50,306 nt of DNA, from the NCBI GenBank assembly GCA_016764995.1, contig JAESQU010000088.1:1-50306 (forward strand), in the 5' to 3' direction. Under the pieces are notes generated by a model that saw only the letters and a list, made by a program, of their open reading frames with translations, ran no database searches and was not told where the DNA came from. Positions within the stretch are counted from its first letter, which is position 1. The number at the start of each line of letters is the position of its first letter. This stretch comes from SAR324 cluster bacterium. GTDB taxonomy: Bacteria; SAR324; NAC60-12. The position numbers and the translations under genes are program-made. This document shows positions 48,077-50,306 of this stretch, piece by piece.

Positions 48077-49144
48077 ATGCTGGATAAACTTGCGGAAATT
48101 GACAAACGTTTTGAAATACTGACACACGAACTTGGACAACCGGACGTGGCTCAGGATCAGGAGCGTTTCCGGAAGTTGAGTCAGGAACACTCAGGATTGC
48201 AGGAAATTGTCGAATGTTATCGACGCTATCTTGAAATTCAGCAGGAAATGGACGACAACCGCGAATTAGCAGATTCAAAAGATGAGGATCCGGAAATTCG
48301 TGAAATGGCGGAAGAGGAAATTTCTCAACTCAGCCAGCAATTGGAAGAACTGGATAAAGAAATCCAACTTCTACTCCTTCCTAAAGATCCGGATGATTCT
48401 CGCAACATCATCATTGAAATTCGTGCAGGCACAGGTGGAGACGAAGCCGCGCTGTTTGCAAGAGATCTTTTTCAAATGTATGCTCATTACGTGGAAGGCC
48501 AAAATTGGCGTTTACAGTTACTTAATGAAAGCAAAAATGATCTCGGCGGTTTCAAAGAAATCACATTTTCAATTGAAGGAACAGACGTCTTCAGCCGTTT
48601 GAAATTTGAAGGCGGAGTACATCGTGTACAGCGTGTTCCCAAAACTGAAACTCAGGGACGTATCCACACCTCCGCGGCAACAGTCGCAGTCTTACCTGAA
48701 GTTCAAGATGTTGAGATTGAAATCAATCCCGGCGATTTGCGGATAGATGTTTACCGCTCAAGCGGTCCAGGCGGTCAGAGTGTGAACACCACCGATTCCG
48801 CAGTCCGGATAACCCACATTCCAACCGGACTGGTTGTCATTTGTCAAAATGAGAAATCCCAACTAAAAAATAAAGCACAAGCTTTAAAAGTTCTCAGGGC
48901 AAGGCTCTATGAAAAGGAAATGGAAGCTCAACATTCCGTTACTGCCGAACAGCGCAGAGGAATGGTTGGTTCCGGAGACAGGAGCGAACGCATCCGGACT
49001 TATAATTTTCCGCAGGGACGACTCACCGATCACCGTATCAATTTGACTCTTTATAAACTTGAAGAAATTTTGCTCGGTAAACTGGAACAGGTGATTGATC
49101 CGTTGTTGTCTCACCATCAAGCAGAATTGCTCAAAGCATCTTGA
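48077..49144 (+). CDS. prfA: Peptide chain release factor 1
   Basis: Contains the GGQ motif SGPGGQSVNTTDSAVRITHIPTG and the PxT tripeptide region RVPKTETQGRIHTS. Confidence 0.93.
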   Translation: MLDKLAEIDKRFEILTHELGQPDVAQDQERFRKLSQEHSGLQEIVECYRRYLEIQQEMDDNRELADSKDEDPEIREMAEEEISQLSQQLEELDKEIQLLLLPKDPDDSRNIIIEIRAGTGGDEAALFARDLFQMYAHYVEGQNWRLQLLNESKNDLGGFKEITFSIEGTDVFSRLKFEGGVHRVQRVPKTETQGRIHTSAATVAVLPEVQDVEIEINPGDLRIDVYRSSGPGGQSVNTTDSAVRITHIPTGLVVICQNEKSQLKNKAQALKVLRARLYEKEMEAQHSVTAEQRRGMVGSGDRSERIRTYNFPQGRLTDHRINLTLYKLEEILLGKLEQVIDPLLSHHQAELLKAS

Positions 49145-49232
49145 GTCTAAAAGCACATTTTAGGATAAATCTATCCACACTGTAGCTCTTATCTTCCTTA
49201 AACTGCATCTAAACCTCACCTGAATTTCTGAA

Positions 49233-50306
49233 ATGGCTTTTGAAACTTTACTCAGTCCACTAAAAGTTGGAAACATAACCCTGAAAAACCGAGTCATGAT
49301 GGGTTCTATGCATACCGGACTTGAAGAACATCCGGAAGGCTCGACAAGGCTCGCGGCTTTTTATGCTGAAAGGGCTAAAGGTGGAGTCGGCCTCATTGTA
49401 ACAGGCGGTTACGCACCCAATGCGGCAGGACGTGTTTTCGAGGAAGGCGCGGAATTGGTTTCGGAAGATCAACTTGATTTTCATCGGACTTTCGTAAATG
49501 CGGTTCATGAAAACGATGGAAAAATAGCATTGCAGATTTTGCATACAGGACGTTATGGGATGATGGAAACCTGCGTTGCGCCATCACCAATTACTGCACC
49601 AATTAATTTTTACCGTCCCAAAGAATTAACCCACGAAGAAATTTTACAAACCATTGAAGATTATGCACGTTGCGCAAAACTGGCAAAAATGGCTGGTTAT
49701 GACGGTGTAGAAATAATGGGTTCAGAAGGTTATTTGATCAACCAGTTCATTGCCAAATGTACAAACGAACGAAGTGATGAATGGGGTGGTTCTTATGAAA
49801 ATCGTATTCGTTTTGCTCTCAAAATTGTGGAGCGTGTCAAAGAAGAGTCTGGTGATGATTTCTTAATTATTTACCGACTTTCTTGTCTGGATTTGGTTGA
49901 AGGCGGAAGCAGTTTTGAGGAAGTTATTGAACTCGCTAAACTCGTTGAAAAAGCCGGAGCATCGCTCATAAATACAGGAATTGGTTGGCATGAAGCAAGA
50001 ATTCCGACTATAGCAATGATGGTTCCACGGGCGGCCTTTGCCTGGGTTACCGGAAAATTGCGGCCGTACTTGAATATTCCAATCGTGACCTCCAACCGCA
50101 TCAACGACCCGTATGTAGCTGAAAGCCTCTTGAGAGACGGACTTGCGGACATGGTTTCAATGGCGCGTCCATTACTGGCGGATGAAAATTTTGTTAACAA
50201 AGCAGCAGCGGGCCGCCCGGAGGAAATCAATACTTGTATTGCCTGCAACCAAGCTTGTTTGGATCATCTTTTTCAAATGAAAACTGCAACGTGTTTGGTA
50301 AATCCA
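49233..50306 (+). CDS. fadH: NADPH-dependent 2,4-dienoyl-CoA reductase, 5' part (partial, runs off the right edge)
   Basis: ATG at 49233, then open to the end of the window (not in the ORF track because it has no stop). OYE-type TIM barrel: NRVMMGSMHTG, HTGRY, GYDGVEIMGSEGYLINQF, and the start of the Fe-S motif TCIACNQAC. Confidence 0.85.
   Translation, partial: MAFETLLSPLKVGNITLKNRVMMGSMHTGLEEHPEGSTRLAAFYAERAKGGVGLIVTGGYAPNAAGRVFEEGAELVSEDQLDFHRTFVNAVHENDGKIALQILHTGRYGMMETCVAPSPITAPINFYRPKELTHEEILQTIEDYARCAKLAKMAGYDGVEIMGSEGYLINQFIAKCTNERSDEWGGSYENRIRFALKIVERVKEESGDDFLIIYRLSCLDLVEGGSSFEEVIELAKLVEKAGASLINTGIGWHEARIPTIAMMVPRAAFAWVTGKLRPYLNIPIVTSNRINDPYVAESLLRDGLADMVSMARPLLADENFVNKAAAGRPEEINTCIACNQACLDHLFQMKTATCLVNP

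Noticed and set aside
48620-48640. RF1 tripeptide reads PKT rather than the common PAT/PVT
   Set aside because: It still fits the general PxT recognition motif and there is no sign of altered stop-codon usage. TAA, TAG and TGA all terminate genes in this window.
49171-49179. DnaA-box-like CTATCCACA between prfA and fadH
   Set aside because: A single 8/9 match with no cluster of boxes or AT-rich unwinding element. Not an origin.

Overview
About 50 kb of chromosomal DNA from a moderately AT-rich bacterium with an outer membrane (lipoproteins with lipoboxes, beta-barrel proteins, lspA). I cannot assign a taxon from the sequence alone. I support about 45 protein genes in seven strand blocks. I saw no rRNA, tRNA, CRISPR array, transposase, integrase or phage genes.

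Most of the window is housekeeping: hslU 3' end, family-4 UDG, hisS, lspA, an alsS-like/lpd-like/pyk operon, moaA, rsmA, ydiJ, dnaB, rpsF-rpsR-rplI, ychF-pth-ctc, aceE-aceF-lpdA, rho, rpmE, prfA and the fadH 5' part.

The least ordinary stretch is 31.3-40.3 kb. It holds a co-oriented envelope cluster:
- a PA14 lipoprotein
- a secreted Cys-containing protein with an Ig-like segment
- a beta-barrel segment
- a FecR-domain protein with a very large charged low-complexity region

This cluster is followed by an LtaS/MdoB-type transferase, two tiny envelope ORFs, an orphan FliM-middle-domain-like protein and a basic tandem-repeat protein.

Other points worth a second look:
- a polyprenyl-synthase paralog that has lost both Asp-rich motifs
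- an Lpd-family flavoprotein without the redox disulfide
- a divergent EAL-like protein translationally coupled to a 7-blade FG-GAP lipoprotein
- strong over-representation of TCCGGA
- three genes interrupted at mononucleotide runs, plus one in-frame TAA; these may be assembly errors, pseudogenes or phase switches

All family calls come from reading motifs in the supplied translations. No database search was run.
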